Below are positions 27,576 to 39,957 of a DNA stretch of 64,000 bases, piece after piece. Location of the stretch: the NCBI GenBank assembly GCA_041655275.1, contig JBBAFU010000011.1:31112-95111 (forward strand), written 5' to 3'. The position numbers and the translations under genes are program-made. Within the stretch, counting starts at the first letter, position 1; each line of letters begins with the position of its first letter. This DNA comes from Castellaniella sp. (GTDB lineage: Bacteria; Pseudomonadota; Gammaproteobacteria; Burkholderiales; Burkholderiaceae_B). A model generated the notes under the pieces. It was not told the origin of the DNA, ran no database searches, and saw only the letters and a list, made by a program, of their open reading frames with translations.

Positions 27576-28013
27576 CTAGAAGACGTAACCATCCAGCCAG
27601 CCCATGGCCTTGTAGAGATAGATCACGGCCATGGCCAGGCCGAACACCATGATCGCCCCCCCGATGAAAGTGGTGACGATGGCCGCGATGACGGCATCCC
27701 AGCCCGTCTTCGTCTTCTGCCCTGAATGCGGGTTGTAACGCGCGTCGAACTTCTCATCCGTGGTGAGGGCAAATACCAGGGCCTCAATGATGCCGGCACT
27801 GACGGGCAGGAACAGGAGCAGGAAGGGCACATTGTCCCACCACACCGGATGGAACTGGGCCAGCACCAGCATGGTGACGGAAAACGCCGTCATCACCCAG
27901 GCATGCGGGCGCCCAAGATACCACCAGTGTATGCTGAAAACGCCCAGCACACCGGCGAGCCAGGCGAGCGTCACCTTGTCGCGATGCCGGGTGACAGTGG
28001 TAAATTCGGACAT
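27576..28013 (-). CDS. TM2-domain membrane protein
   Basis: KVTLAWLAGVLGVFSIHWWYLGR is TM2-domain-like. 145 aa with 4 predicted TM segments. Confidence 0.7.
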   Translation of the reverse strand: MSEFTTVTRHRDKVTLAWLAGVLGVFSIHWWYLGRPHAWVMTAFSVTMLVLAQFHPVWWDNVPFLLLFLPVSAGIIEALVFALTTDEKFDARYNPHSGQKTKTGWDAVIAAIVTTFIGGAIMVFGLAMAVIYLYKAMGWLDGYVF

Positions 28014-28104
28014 GGATGAACAGACTCCCTCTGATATGCGTCACGACGCACACAGTTTGACGTTTCAAGTATTGTAGACAAGCCGGCGAAACACGCACAG
28101 CCTC

Positions 28105-29283
28105 ATGCCTTCCTTCGATATCCTCATCAGCGGTGCCGGCCCGGCGGGCAGCACACTGGCACTCATGCTGGCCCGGCGCACGCGCCAACCCGGGCGCATC
28201 GCACTCATAGGGCGCGGCCTGACGCCGTCCGCAAGCGATACCGCGAGCAGCCTGGCGGACGGTCGAACCGCGCTGCCTGATCCCCGCGCCCTGGCACTCA
28301 ATCACGGCAGTCGCAGCCTGCTGGAAAGTCTGGGTGCCTGGCCCTCGCACAGCGCGGATATCCACACCGTACACGTCTCCCAGGACCGCCATCCGGGCCG
28401 CTGTCTCATCGACGACGGTGATCTGGGCGTTCCGCGCCTGGGCAGCGTGGTGGCCTACCCGGATCTGCTTGCCTGCCTGCACCGGCGTCTTGCAGATTCG
28501 GGCATTACACTTGTTGATGACCATGTCGCGCAACTGCAACAGGAGGCGGGTCAGGTCTGTGCCCGCCTGTCCAGCCGGACATTGCAGGGACAAATCGGCA
28601 TACAGTCCGACGGCCACCCGCCACGCGGCCTTTCACGCACATACCATCAGCATGCCTTGCTGGCCACAGTGCTCGCCACGCAGTCGCGCGCCGGCTGGGC
28701 CTATGAACGCTTCACCGCCGGGGGACCGCTGGCATTGCTGCCCCACCCTGCGGATACCCGCGCCTATTCCGTGGTCTGGTGCTGCACACCCGGGCAGGCA
28801 CAGGAACTGCGCGCCTTGCCCGGCCCGGCGTTCGACGCTGCACTTCAGGCCCGCTTCGGTGAGCGCCTGGGGCGGTTGGGCAGTGTCGGCGAACGCGCCG
28901 TCTTTCCGCTGGCCCTGCATGTGGGTACTGCACTGTTGCAGCCGCGCGTCGTTGCCATTGGCAACGCCGCCCAGACGCTTCACCCTGTGGCCGGTCAGGG
29001 ACTCAACCTGGGTCTGCGCGATGTCGCCCAGCTTGCGCAGACCCTCAGCCCCTGGCTGGCCGGACCCGACGACGATCCCCGGCCGGTGCTGCAGGCCTAC
29101 GCACAGCTGCGCCGGCCGGATCGCTGGCTCACGGCCGCCATCACCGATACGCTGCCGCGCGTCTTCACGACCGGCAACAGCGTGCTCAACCACGCTTGCG
29201 GGCTGGCCCTCACGGGGCTGGACCTGATCGCGCCTGCGCGCCATCTGCTCGCGCGCCACCTGCTGCAGGGATTACGCCGCTGA
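28105..29283 (+). CDS. UbiH/UbiF/VisC/COQ6-family FAD-dependent ubiquinone-biosynthesis hydroxylase
   Basis: DILISGAGPAGSTLALMLA FAD fingerprint, and GNAAQTLHPVAGQGLNLGLRD. Confidence 0.88.
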   Translation: MPSFDILISGAGPAGSTLALMLARRTRQPGRIALIGRGLTPSASDTASSLADGRTALPDPRALALNHGSRSLLESLGAWPSHSADIHTVHVSQDRHPGRCLIDDGDLGVPRLGSVVAYPDLLACLHRRLADSGITLVDDHVAQLQQEAGQVCARLSSRTLQGQIGIQSDGHPPRGLSRTYHQHALLATVLATQSRAGWAYERFTAGGPLALLPHPADTRAYSVVWCCTPGQAQELRALPGPAFDAALQARFGERLGRLGSVGERAVFPLALHVGTALLQPRVVAIGNAAQTLHPVAGQGLNLGLRDVAQLAQTLSPWLAGPDDDPRPVLQAYAQLRRPDRWLTAAITDTLPRVFTTGNSVLNHACGLALTGLDLIAPARHLLARHLLQGLRR

Positions 29284-29315
29284 CCCCGCCATCAGGCTGG
29301 GGTTAAAATCCGCCC

Positions 29316-30335
29316 ATGCGCATCGGAAACTGGGCTCTTGCCAATCGTGTTTTCGTGGCCCCCATGGCCGGGGTCACGGACAGACCCTATCGCAGGCTCT
29401 GCCGCCGGCTGGGGGCAGGCTATGCCGTGTCGGAAATGGCCGCCAGCGACCCCCGCCTGCGCGACAGCGTCAAGACGGCACGCCGCCTCGATCACCAGGG
29501 CGAGGGCGAGCCGGTGGCCGTGCAGCTGGCGGGCGCCTGTCCCGACATGCTTGCCGAGGCCGCCGTCTACAACATCCACAAGGGCGCACACATCATCGAC
29601 ATCAACATGGGCTGCCCCGTACGCAAGGTCTGTCGCACGGCGGCCGGCTCGGCACTGCTGCGCGACGAGGATCTGGTGGCACGCATCCTCGACCGCGTCG
29701 TGAGTGCCTGCCAGGTCCATGACGTACCCGTCACCCTCAAGACGCGTACGGGCTGGGATGCAGACTCGCGCAATGCCGTGCGTATCGCGTGTCGCGCCCG
29801 GGAAGCGGGCATCGCCGCGCTGTTCCTGCATGGTCGCACACGCTGCGACCTGTATCGCGGCCAGGCCGAGTACGACACCATTCGCACCGTCAAGCAGGCC
29901 GTTGACATTCCCGTGATCGCCAATGGTGACATCGACAGCCCGTTGAAAGCGCGTCAGGTCCTGGACTACACCGGTGCCGATGCGGTGATGATAGGCCGCG
30001 CCGCCCAGGGCCGGCCCTGGATCTTCGGCCAGATCAGCCACTTCCTCGAACATGGCGACGTACCGCCCGCGCCGACGCACGGCCAGCTGCGCACACTCCT
30101 GCTGGAGCACCTGGAAGACCACTACCAATTTCACGGCGAGCACGCCGGCGTGCGTACCGCACGCAAGCATATCGGCTGGTACCTGGCGGCGCTGCCCGAT
30201 GCCGGCGAGTGGCTGCCCCTCATCAAGCGCATCGAGACCACGGCCGGGCAGGCCCGCATGCTGGACCGCTGGCTGGCCCAATACCCTTCCGAGCAACCTT
30301 TCATGACCGACAGCGCGACATCGCTCGCCGTCTGA
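29316..30335 (+). CDS. dusB: tRNA-dihydrouridine synthase B
   Basis: VFVAPMAGVTDRPYR ... DINMGCP ... conserved dusB-fis arrangement. Confidence 0.92.
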   Translation: MRIGNWALANRVFVAPMAGVTDRPYRRLCRRLGAGYAVSEMAASDPRLRDSVKTARRLDHQGEGEPVAVQLAGACPDMLAEAAVYNIHKGAHIIDINMGCPVRKVCRTAAGSALLRDEDLVARILDRVVSACQVHDVPVTLKTRTGWDADSRNAVRIACRAREAGIAALFLHGRTRCDLYRGQAEYDTIRTVKQAVDIPVIANGDIDSPLKARQVLDYTGADAVMIGRAAQGRPWIFGQISHFLEHGDVPPAPTHGQLRTLLLEHLEDHYQFHGEHAGVRTARKHIGWYLAALPDAGEWLPLIKRIETTAGQARMLDRWLAQYPSEQPFMTDSATSLAV

Positions 30336-30364
30336 ACGGCCATGACCTCGTCCCCACTTCAACC

Positions 30365-30604
30365 ATGACAAAAACCACCCTCCTGGAGCAGGCCGTGCGC
30401 GAACAGCTAGACCGCTATTTTGCCGACCTGGGCGATGCCCAACCCCGCGACCTCCTGTCCATGGTGCTCACCTGTGTCGAGCGCCCGGTGCTCCAGATCG
30501 CACTGGAAAAAACCCGGGGCAACCAGTCGCGCGCCGCCGAGATGCTGGGCATCACGCGTGCCACGCTCAGGCGCAAGCTGATCGCCCACGAAATCCGGCC
30601 GTGA
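30365..30604 (+). CDS. fis: Fis-family DNA-binding protein
   Basis: Internal Met53 of ORF 30209..30604 gives 79 aa ending in [21 protein letters not shown]. Confidence 0.88.
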   Translation: MTKTTLLEQAVREQLDRYFADLGDAQPRDLLSMVLTCVERPVLQIALEKTRGNQSRAAEMLGITRATLRRKLIAHEIRP

Positions 30605-30641
30605 TTACCATCCTTCCGTCTTCTTACCGGCACCCTTTCCC

Positions 30642-32246
30642 ATGAAAATCCAGACTGCCCTGCTTTCCGTTTCCGACAAGACCGGCATTGTCGAATTTGC
30701 CCGGGCCCTGGCCCGGCGTGGCGTACGCCTGCTGTCCACCGGCGGCACCGCCCGGCTGCTGGCCCAGGCCGGCCTGAATGTCACGGAAGTGGCCGAGCAT
30801 ACGGGCTCGCCAGAGATCCTCGACGGGCGCGTCAAGACGCTCCACCCGCGCATCCACGCCGGCCTGCTGGCACGCCGCGACGACGCCGCTCACCTGCAGA
30901 CCCTGGCACAGCACGAGATCGCCGCCATCGACCTGCTGGTGGTCAACCTCTACCCTTTTCGCGAAACCGTGGCCCGCGCCGACTGCACTTTCGGCGACGC
31001 CATAGAGAACATTGACATCGGCGGCCCGGCCATGCTCCGGGCGGCAGCCAAGAATCACGGCACAGCCGAAGGCGGCGTCACCGTCGTCATCGATCCGGCC
31101 GACTACACGCGCGTACTCGAGGCACTGGACGGGCCGGACGGAATGCCTTCGATGGCGCTGCGCCTGGAGCTGGCCACCAAGGTGTTCGCGCATACGGCCG
31201 CCTACGACGGCGCCATCGCCGCCTGGCTGAGCAGCCTGTCGGAACGCGAACCGGTCCAGGACGCGGTTGCCGTGCGTGAGCCCTGGCCGCGCATTCAGAC
31301 ACTGCAGCTGCATCGCCGGCAAGCCATGCGTTACGGTGAAAACCCCCATCAGGGCGCAGCCTTCTACACCGATGCCGAACCGGTCGCCGGCCTGCCTGCC
31401 GGTCTGCTTGCCGGCTATCGCCAGCATCAGGGCAAGGACCTGTCCTACAACAATATCGCCGATGCCGATGCCGCCTGGGAGTGCGTGCGCCAGTTCAGCG
31501 GCACCGCCTGTGTCATCGTCAAGCATGCCAATCCCTGCGGCGTGGCCCTGGGCGATTCGGCCGAACAGGCCTATCGCAAGGCCTTCAGCACCGACCCCAC
31601 ATCGGCTTTTGGCGGCATCATCGCCTTCAATGGCCCGGTGGATGCGCCGGCCGTGCACGCCATCAGCGAGCAATTCGTGGAAGTGCTCATTGCGCCCGCC
31701 TATACGCAAGAGGCCCTGACGCTGCTGGCCACACGCAAGAATGTGCGCGTGCTTGAAATTCCCACAGGCGCAGCCGGCAACCGCCTGGACGCCTGCCGCG
31801 TGGGCGGTGGATGGCTGCTGCAAGATGCCGATGTGGACACGCTGGTGGCCGCAGACCTCAAGGTGGTGACGCAGGCCGGCCCCACGGAAGCGCAACGTGA
31901 CGACCTGCTCTTCGCCTGGAAAGTGGCGCACTATGTGAAGTCCAACGCCATCGTGTTCGCCGGCAACGGCATGACGCTGGGCGTGGGTGCGGGCCAGATG
32001 AGCCGCGTCGACTCGGCGCGCATCGCTGCGATCAAGGCGGCCAACGCCGGGCTGTCGCTGGACGGGGCTGCCGTCGCCTCGGACGCTTTCTTCCCTTTCC
32101 GTGACGGCCTGGATGTCCTCGCCGATGCGGGCGCCCGCTGCATCATCCAGCCCGGCGGCAGCATCCGCGACGACGAAGTCATCGCGGCCGCCGACGAGCG
32201 CGGCATCGCCATGGTCTTCACCGGCGTGCGGCACTTCCGCCACTGA
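30642..32246 (+). CDS. purH: bifunctional AICAR transformylase / IMP cyclohydrolase
   Basis: [16 protein letters not shown] ... [13 protein letters not shown] ... C-terminal FTGVRHFRH. Confidence 0.95.
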   Translation: MKIQTALLSVSDKTGIVEFARALARRGVRLLSTGGTARLLAQAGLNVTEVAEHTGSPEILDGRVKTLHPRIHAGLLARRDDAAHLQTLAQHEIAAIDLLVVNLYPFRETVARADCTFGDAIENIDIGGPAMLRAAAKNHGTAEGGVTVVIDPADYTRVLEALDGPDGMPSMALRLELATKVFAHTAAYDGAIAAWLSSLSEREPVQDAVAVREPWPRIQTLQLHRRQAMRYGENPHQGAAFYTDAEPVAGLPAGLLAGYRQHQGKDLSYNNIADADAAWECVRQFSGTACVIVKHANPCGVALGDSAEQAYRKAFSTDPTSAFGGIIAFNGPVDAPAVHAISEQFVEVLIAPAYTQEALTLLATRKNVRVLEIPTGAAGNRLDACRVGGGWLLQDADVDTLVAADLKVVTQAGPTEAQRDDLLFAWKVAHYVKSNAIVFAGNGMTLGVGAGQMSRVDSARIAAIKAANAGLSLDGAAVASDAFFPFRDGLDVLADAGARCIIQPGGSIRDDEVIAAADERGIAMVFTGVRHFRH

Positions 32247-32728
32247 TGCGCATCCTCGGCATCGACCCCGGCCTCAGACGCACCGGTTTCGGTGTAATCC
32301 AGGTGGACGGCCGTCGACTGCACTACATCACCAGCGGCACCATCGTCATCCCCGCCGACGAGCCACTGGCCTCACGCCTGAAGCACATCCTGGATCATGT
32401 ACGGGAAGTGGCCCAGGCCACCCGGCCCACGGTATCGGTACTGGAAAAAGTCTTTGTGAACACCAACCCGCACACCACCCTGCTGCTGGGCCAGGCGCGC
32501 GGTGCGGCCATGTGCGCCCTGGCCGACAGCGGGCTGGCCGTCCATGAATATACCGCCCTGCAGATCAAGAAGGCCGTGGTCGGCAACGGCCACGCCGACA
32601 AGGTGCAGGTACAGCACATGGTGCGCCACCTGCTCACGCTGAGCGGGCTGCCCGGCAGCGATTCGGCCGATGCGCTCGCCTGCGCCATCTGCCATGCGCA
32701 TACCATGCCCGGAGGAGACCCGAAATGA
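32246..32728 (+). CDS. ruvC: crossover junction endodeoxyribonuclease RuvC
   Basis: [18 protein letters not shown] ... [19 protein letters not shown] ... [17 protein letters not shown] overlap with purH. Confidence 0.93.
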   Translation: MRILGIDPGLRRTGFGVIQVDGRRLHYITSGTIVIPADEPLASRLKHILDHVREVAQATRPTVSVLEKVFVNTNPHTTLLLGQARGAAMCALADSGLAVHEYTALQIKKAVVGNGHADKVQVQHMVRHLLTLSGLPGSDSADALACAICHAHTMPGGDPK

Positions 32729-33318
32729 TTGGCCGCATCCGTGGCACCCTGTTGGAAAAAACCCCTCCCGTCGTCTGTATCGACGTGGGCGGTATCGGCT
32801 ACGACATCGATGTGCCCATGAGCACGCTGTACGAGCTGCCTGACGTCGGCAGCCCGGTCACGCTGTTCACCCACCTGATGGTGCGCGACGACGCCCATAC
32901 GCTATACGGCTTTCTGACCGCGCGCGAGCGCACCGCATTTCGCAGCCTGATCCGCGTGAGCGGCGTGGGTGCACGCACCGCCCTGGCACTGCTGTCGGGG
33001 ATGAGTGTGGATGATCTGGTGGCTGCCGTCACGCATCAGGAAAGTGCCGGGCTGCTGCGCGTGCCGGGCATCGGCAAGAAGACCGCCGAGCGCCTGCTGC
33101 TGGAGCTGCGCGACAAGCTCGGCGCCGTACAGGCCGTTGCCGGCGACACGGCGGGCGCCGCCACGCGGCCGGCCGGCGGCCGTAACGACATCCTTGAGGC
33201 GCTGATGGCCCTGGGCTATTCGGCAGCCGAGTCGCAGCGCGCCATCAAGGGACTGCCTGCCGATGCCGATGTCACCGACGGCATACGCCAGGCCCTGAAG
33301 AACCTGACGCGCAAATAA
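32725..33318 (+). CDS. ruvA: Holliday junction branch migration protein RuvA
   Basis: MIGRIRGTL ... [12 protein letters not shown] ... [20 protein letters not shown] overlap with ruvC. Confidence 0.93.
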   Translation: MIGRIRGTLLEKTPPVVCIDVGGIGYDIDVPMSTLYELPDVGSPVTLFTHLMVRDDAHTLYGFLTARERTAFRSLIRVSGVGARTALALLSGMSVDDLVAAVTHQESAGLLRVPGIGKKTAERLLLELRDKLGAVQAVAGDTAGAATRPAGGRNDILEALMALGYSAAESQRAIKGLPADADVTDGIRQALKNLTRK

Positions 33319-33325
33319 TTATCGC

Positions 33326-34288
33326 TCACTGATCGGCCAGCCAGCCGGCGTAGGCGGCCAGATCGACGTTGCCGCCGCTGAGCACCACGCCCACGCGCTT
33401 GCCCGCCAGTGCCGGCCCCTGGGCAAAGACGGCCGCCATGCCCAGACAGGCCGTGGGCTCGACGACAATCTTCATGCGCTCGGCAAAGAAGCGCATGGCC
33501 TCGATGAGGGCCTTGTCGGGCACCACCAGGATGTCGCGCACATGACGCCGGATGATGGCGAAGGTAAGCGCTCCCAGCTCGCGGGTGAGCGCGCCGTCGG
33601 CAATGGATTCGGGCACGGCGATGCGCACACGCTTGCCGCGCTGCAGGGACTGGCGGCCATCGTCGCCCGCTTCCGGCTCGACGCCATAGACGGCGCAGTC
33701 GGGCGCCAGATGATGGGCGGCCAGCAATGAGCCCGACAACAGGCCGCCGCCGCCCAGCGGCACAAACAGGGCGTCCAGCGGACCGGCATCCTCAAGCAGC
33801 TCCTTGACCGCTGTGCCCTGGCCCGCAATGATGTCGGGGTGATCAAAGGGCGGCACCAGGGTGGTGCCATGCTCATCCTGCCAGCGCCGCGCGATCACCT
33901 CGCGATCCTCGTTGAAGCGATCGTATTCCACCACACGGGCGCCATAGCCCTTCGTGGCCTCGAGCTTGGACCGGGGCGCATCGGACGGCATGATGATGAC
34001 GGCCTGCACGCCCAGCAGGCGTGCCGACATGGCCACGGCCTGGGCATGGTTCCCGGAGGAATAGGCCACCACACCCGCCCGGCGCTGCTCGTCGGACAGC
34101 TGCGAGAGCGCGTTGAAGGCGCCGCGGAACTTGAAGGCACCGATGCGCTGCAGGTTCTCGCACTTGAAGAAGACCTGGCTGCCCAGGCGCTCGTTCAGGC
34201 TGCGCGACTGCAGCACGGGTGTACGGTGGGCCACGCCGCGCAAGCGCTGGGCGGCCGCAACGATATCGTCATAATCAGGGAGATCCAT
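33326..34288 (-). CDS. PLP-dependent threonine/serine dehydratase-like enzyme (serine racemase / 3-hydroxyaspartate ammonia-lyase type)
   Basis: FFKCENLQRIGAFKFRGAFN (PLP lysine) ... SSGNHAQAVA ... GGGGLLSG. No ACT domain. Confidence 0.88.
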   Translation of the reverse strand: MDLPDYDDIVAAAQRLRGVAHRTPVLQSRSLNERLGSQVFFKCENLQRIGAFKFRGAFNALSQLSDEQRRAGVVAYSSGNHAQAVAMSARLLGVQAVIIMPSDAPRSKLEATKGYGARVVEYDRFNEDREVIARRWQDEHGTTLVPPFDHPDIIAGQGTAVKELLEDAGPLDALFVPLGGGGLLSGSLLAAHHLAPDCAVYGVEPEAGDDGRQSLQRGKRVRIAVPESIADGALTRELGALTFAIIRRHVRDILVVPDKALIEAMRFFAERMKIVVEPTACLGMAAVFAQGPALAGKRVGVVLSGGNVDLAAYAGWLADQ

Positions 34289-34388
34289 GCTTTTTTCCGC
34301 CGGTTTCCAGGTTCAACATCAAGGTTAGAAATCAGAGGAAAATGATAGCACCCCCCGTAGGCAAGCACCGGGGTCTGGTGTACCATGA

Positions 34389-34404
34389 CTGTTGATTTGA
34401 TCAG
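34389..34404. promoter_or_regulatory. LexA-box-like sequence CTGT-N8-TCAG upstream of ruvB
   Basis: aCTGTtgatttgaTCAGt, 9 nt upstream of the ruvB ATG. One mismatch to the CTGT-N8-ACAG consensus. Confidence 0.3.
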
Positions 34405-34412
34405 TCTCTGCC

Positions 34413-35491
<1,079 letters not shown>

Positions 35492-35495
<4 letters not shown>

Positions 35496-37312
35496 GCGGA
35501 GCTCCCCTCAGCCATCAACGCCAGCAGCGCCTCCCCATAGCGCTCCAGCTTGCGTGCACCCACGCCACTGATGCCCGACAGCGCCTGCAGGCTGCCGGGT
35601 TGTTCCTGCGCAATTTCGCGCAGCGTCGCATCATGAAAGATCACATAGGCAGGTACTTCGTGTTCGCGCGCCATGTCGGCACGCCAGGCGCGCAGGACCT
35701 CGAAGCGGGCAAGCGCCGCTTCCGGCAGGGCCGCATGCTGCGCGGCCTTGCGCGGCGTCTTCTTCTTGCGCGCCGGCGGCGCCTCGCGCAACATCAGTGT
35801 GGTCTCGCCCTTGAGTACCGCACGACTGCTGCGCGTGAGCTCGAAAGTGCCATAACCCTGGGCATCGGGCTGCAGCAGACCGCGCGCCAGCACCTGGCGC
35901 AACACGCCGCGCCAGGCCTGCGCGGAAAGGTCGCTGCCCACGCCATATACGCTCAGGGTATCGTGACCATGTTCGCGCACCCGGGCCGTCTCCTCGCCGC
36001 GCAGGATATCGATGAGGTGGCCGCCTCCGAAGCGCTGGCCGCGCTCGTGCCAGAGGCGATAGACCGCTGACAGCAGCTTCTGGGCCGCAATCGTCCCGTC
36101 CCAGGCTTTGGGCGGATCCACGCAGGTATCGCAATTGCCGCAGGGCCGGGCCAGCGTCTCGTCGAAATATGCCAGCAGACCGGTGCGGCGGCACGCCACC
36201 GTCTCGCACAGTGCCAGCATGGCATCGAGCTGCTCGCGCTGGCTCTGCTGAAACCGCGTGTCGCCACCGGACTCGCCAATCATGCGCCGCCGCTGCACCA
36301 CATCCTGCAGACCATAGGCCAGCCAGGCCGTGGCCGGTTCGCCATCACGCCCGGCCCGCCCCGTCTCCTGGTAATAACCCTCAATGGACTTGGGCAGGTC
36401 GATATGCGCAACAAAGCGCACATCCGGCTTGTCCACACCCATGCCGAAGGCGATGGTGGCCACCATGATGAGGCCGTCCTCGCGCAGGAAACGCGCCTGG
36501 TTGCGCGCGCGCTCGGCGGCGTCCAGTCCGGCATGATAGGGCAGGGCCTGCAAGCCCTCCCGGCACAGCATGGCGGCGGTCTCGTCCACACGCTTGCGCG
36601 ACAGGGCATAGACGATACCGCAGTCACCCGCGTGTTCCTCGCGGATGAAGGACAGCAACTGGCGCTTCACGTCCGCCTTCTCGACGATGCGATACTGGAT
36701 GTTGGGCCGATCGAAGCTGGATACGAACTGGCGCGCCTGCCCCAGCTCCAGTCGCTGGACAATCTCATCGCGCGTGACGGCCGTGGCTGTGGCGGTGAGG
36801 GCCAGCCGGGGCACGCCCGGCCAGCGCTCGTGCAGGCAGGACAGGCCCAGGTATTCCGGCCTGAAGTCGTGACCCCACTGCGACACGCAATGGGCTTCAT
36901 CGATGGCAAACAGGGCGGGCCGCCCGCGGTCCAGCAGGTCCAGGCAGCGCTCGGTGAGCAGGCGCTCGGGCGCCACATAGAGCAGGTCGAGTTCGCCGGC
37001 CAGGAAAGCCCGTTCCACCGCCCGGTTCGCAGCCCAGTCCTGACTGGAATTCATGAAGGCGGCACGTACGCCCAGCTCGGTGAGCGCGTCCACCTGGTCC
37101 TGCATCAGCGCAATCAGGGGCGAGATGACGATGCCCGTGCCCTCTCGCACGAGCGCGGGAATCTGGTAGCACAGCGACTTGCCCCCGCCGGTGGGCATGA
37201 GCACCAGCGCATCCTCCCCGGCAATGACGCTCTCGATAACCGCCTGCTGATGGCCACGGAAGGCATCGTAACCAAACACATTCTGAAGAACTTCCTGGGC
37301 AGGGGATATCAT
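35492..37312 (-). CDS. recQ: ATP-dependent DNA helicase RecQ
   Basis: Internal Met37 gives 606 aa. [10 protein letters not shown] ... [11 protein letters not shown] ... [17 protein letters not shown] ... zinc-binding CGNCDTC ... C-terminal HRDC. Confidence 0.93.
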
Positions 37313-37364
37313 GAGGCAACAACTGACAACAGAAGAAGGGGGACAACGAGCGTGGCAAGAACGG

Positions 37365-39194
37365 TCACGGCGCCTTCCGGCGTCCGGCACGACGGCGCGA
37401 TGGCACAAAGGCCTCGCCACCCAGATCCGGATCGCGCTTCAGGCCGCTGTATTTCTCGAGCACGGCGGACTTGTAGACCACACCCAGCAGGCGCGGCCGG
37501 GCTTCGCGGCTGACCACGGGCAGGCGCTCGCCCTGATGCTGGACGAAGTATTCCTGGGCCCTGACCAGGGTCATGTCCTTGTGCAGGCTGCGCACATAAT
37601 CCCGACGCAGCACTTCGGTCGCCGGACGATCGCTGGCACCGCTGTCATTGAGCATGAGCCGGGTCAGGTCCTGGCGGGCGATTGCACCCTGGTAGACATT
37701 GTCCTCATCCACCACATATACGGTACGCACCGGGTTCTCCACAAACATATCCATTACCGCGCGCACACTGTCGGCAGGACGCACGACGGTCGTTGCGGGG
37801 CGGATCAGGGCATCCAGGGTGGTATGGCTGAACTGCTGGCGCATGCGCTCATGGTGCGCCCGCACCCGGGTGACATCATACATGGCCACCTCGGCCACAG
37901 CGCGTGAAACGAAATACGCCACCACGCAGGCCATCATCAGGGGCAGCACGATCTGGTAGCTCAGACTCATCTCGAAGATCATCAACAAGGCCATGAGCGG
38001 TGCGCTCGTTGCTGCACCCAGGAAGCTGCCCATGCCGACCAGGGTGGCCATGGGCAGGGGAATGCCCAGCTCCGGCCACAGCCAGTCCATGCCCATGCCC
38101 AGCAGGGTCCCCAGGGCCGCACCGACAAAAAGCGCCGGCGTGAACACACCGCCAATAGCCCCCGAGCCCACAGTGAGCGCCGTGGCCAGCACCTTCAGCG
38201 CCAGCACCAGCACCACCAGCTGCCAGGACCAGGGGTCGTGCAACAATGCACTGACCACGCTGTAGCCGTTGCCCGCCACTTCGGGATGCCAGATCAGTAC
38301 CAATCCCAGGAGTGCGCCACCCAGACCCAGACGCCAGGGCAGCGCCAGGCCGGAGCGCCGAAACACCGTTCGCGCCAGGGCAAGTACCTTCAGGAAGGCG
38401 GGCGCCGCCAGACCCGCAATCAGACCCAGCGCCACAAAGGGCAGCAGCGCGAGGCCTTCGACCGAAACCAGGCCCGGCATGGCGTAGATGGACTGGTAAT
38501 GGCCGGTCATGCGCATGGTGAGATTGGCCGAAGCTGCGGCAATCAGCAGCGGGCCCAGACTTTGCATGGCCATGCTGCCCAGCACGATCTCGGCCACAAA
38601 GAGTGCACCCGCAAGCGGTGCCCCGTAAGCAGCGGCAACCCCGGCAGCAGCACCACAGGCCACCAGCAGGCGCAGGCGAAATGTGCTGAAGCGCGCAAAG
38701 CGGCCAATTGCCGACGCCGCCATGGCCCCCAGGTGCACCATGGCACCCTCGCGCCCTATGGAGCCGCCCGAAGCCACCGTCAGCAAGGAGGAGCCCGAAC
38801 GCAGCAAACCATGGCCCAGGGACAGGCGCCCGTCCCCGATGGCGACGGCCTCCATGTAATCCGCCGCCTGCCCGGCGCTCAGCCGCGCCGCCAGCCAGAG
38901 CAGCAGGCCGGCCGCCAGCCCGCCCAGTGCAGGAAACAGCAGTCGCCCGTACCATGGCAGCGCCGTCATCACCGCCACGATGGAGCCGCTGTCGCCGGTG
39001 GCAAGATGCTGGATGAGATGCATGCCGCGGTGAAAGCCGATTGTGGTGAAAGCCGCAGAGACACCCACTATCGCCGCCCACGCCAGCATGGCCGGCAGAT
39101 CCGACAGCCAGGCGTGGCGGGCCAGCCGCCGGCGCAGATGCTGCACACGATGGCGCAGCATACGTGGAAACCGCAGAGGAAACCGCATGCCCAC
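37365..39194 (-). CDS. ClC-family voltage-gated chloride channel/antiporter with C-terminal CBS pair
   Basis: GSGIGREG-type motif ([11 protein letters not shown]), GAIGGVFTP, about 11 TM segments, and two CBS-like modules at the C-terminus. Confidence 0.88.
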   Translation of the reverse strand: MGMRFPLRFPRMLRHRVQHLRRRLARHAWLSDLPAMLAWAAIVGVSAAFTTIGFHRGMHLIQHLATGDSGSIVAVMTALPWYGRLLFPALGGLAAGLLLWLAARLSAGQAADYMEAVAIGDGRLSLGHGLLRSGSSLLTVASGGSIGREGAMVHLGAMAASAIGRFARFSTFRLRLLVACGAAAGVAAAYGAPLAGALFVAEIVLGSMAMQSLGPLLIAAASANLTMRMTGHYQSIYAMPGLVSVEGLALLPFVALGLIAGLAAPAFLKVLALARTVFRRSGLALPWRLGLGGALLGLVLIWHPEVAGNGYSVVSALLHDPWSWQLVVLVLALKVLATALTVGSGAIGGVFTPALFVGAALGTLLGMGMDWLWPELGIPLPMATLVGMGSFLGAATSAPLMALLMIFEMSLSYQIVLPLMMACVVAYFVSRAVAEVAMYDVTRVRAHHERMRQQFSHTTLDALIRPATTVVRPADSVRAVMDMFVENPVRTVYVVDEDNVYQGAIARQDLTRLMLNDSGASDRPATEVLRRDYVRSLHKDMTLVRAQEYFVQHQGERLPVVSREARPRLLGVVYKSAVLEKYSGLKRDPDLGGEAFVPSRRRAGRRKAP

Positions 39195-39255
39195 CTATTT
39201 CAGTCCATTACCGAAGGCTTGCCAGCCGCAGCTGCCCAGCGCACACTTACACCTC

Positions 39256-39957
39256 ATGACGACATCCTTGATCAAGATACTGGTGGTGGACGACGATCCG
39301 GCCCTGCGCCAGCTGCTGGCCGATTATCTCAACCGCCACGGCTACGACACCCTGCTTGCGCCCGACGCGAGCGATCTGTCCGAACGCATCCTGCGCTACG
39401 CACCCGACCTCATCGTCCTGGATCGCATGATGCCCGACGGCGACGGCGCCGAAGCCTGCCGGCGCCTGCGCCGGCAGGGCGAGGACATCCCTGTCATTTT
39501 ACTCACGGCACGCGACGAGACCGTGGACCGCATCATCGGCCTGGAAGCCGGCGCCGATGACTATCTGGGCAAACCCTTCGATCCGCGTGAACTGCTGGCC
39601 CGCATCGAAGCCGTCCTGCGCCGCAAGAAGGGCGCCTCGGCCCTGGTGCGGGACGATCCCGTCCATTTCGGTCCTTTCGTCTACAGCCCCGTCACCCGCC
39701 TGCTCTCGCGCGATGGTGAAGTCATACGGCTCACCGGCGGTGAAACCAACCTGCTCGAAGCGCTGGTGAACAATCCGGGCAAGCCCCTGTCGCGCGAACG
39801 ACTGCTGGCGCTGGCGCGTGATGATGAGGAAGGCGTACGCAATGACCGCGCCATCGACATCGCCGTCCTGCGCCTGCGCCGCGCTATTGAGGATGACCCG
39901 CGCCAACCTCGGTGGATACAGACGGTATGGGGCGTGGGCTACCGGTTCTCCCCTTGA
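39256..39957 (+). CDS. OmpR-family response regulator
   Basis: Internal Met72 gives 233 aa. ILVVDDDPALRQLL ... LDRMMPDGDG ... winged-helix C-terminus (WIQTVWGVGYRFSP). Confidence 0.9.
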   Translation: MTTSLIKILVVDDDPALRQLLADYLNRHGYDTLLAPDASDLSERILRYAPDLIVLDRMMPDGDGAEACRRLRRQGEDIPVILLTARDETVDRIIGLEAGADDYLGKPFDPRELLARIEAVLRRKKGASALVRDDPVHFGPFVYSPVTRLLSRDGEVIRLTGGETNLLEALVNNPGKPLSRERLLALARDDEEGVRNDRAIDIAVLRLRRAIEDDPRQPRWIQTVWGVGYRFSP

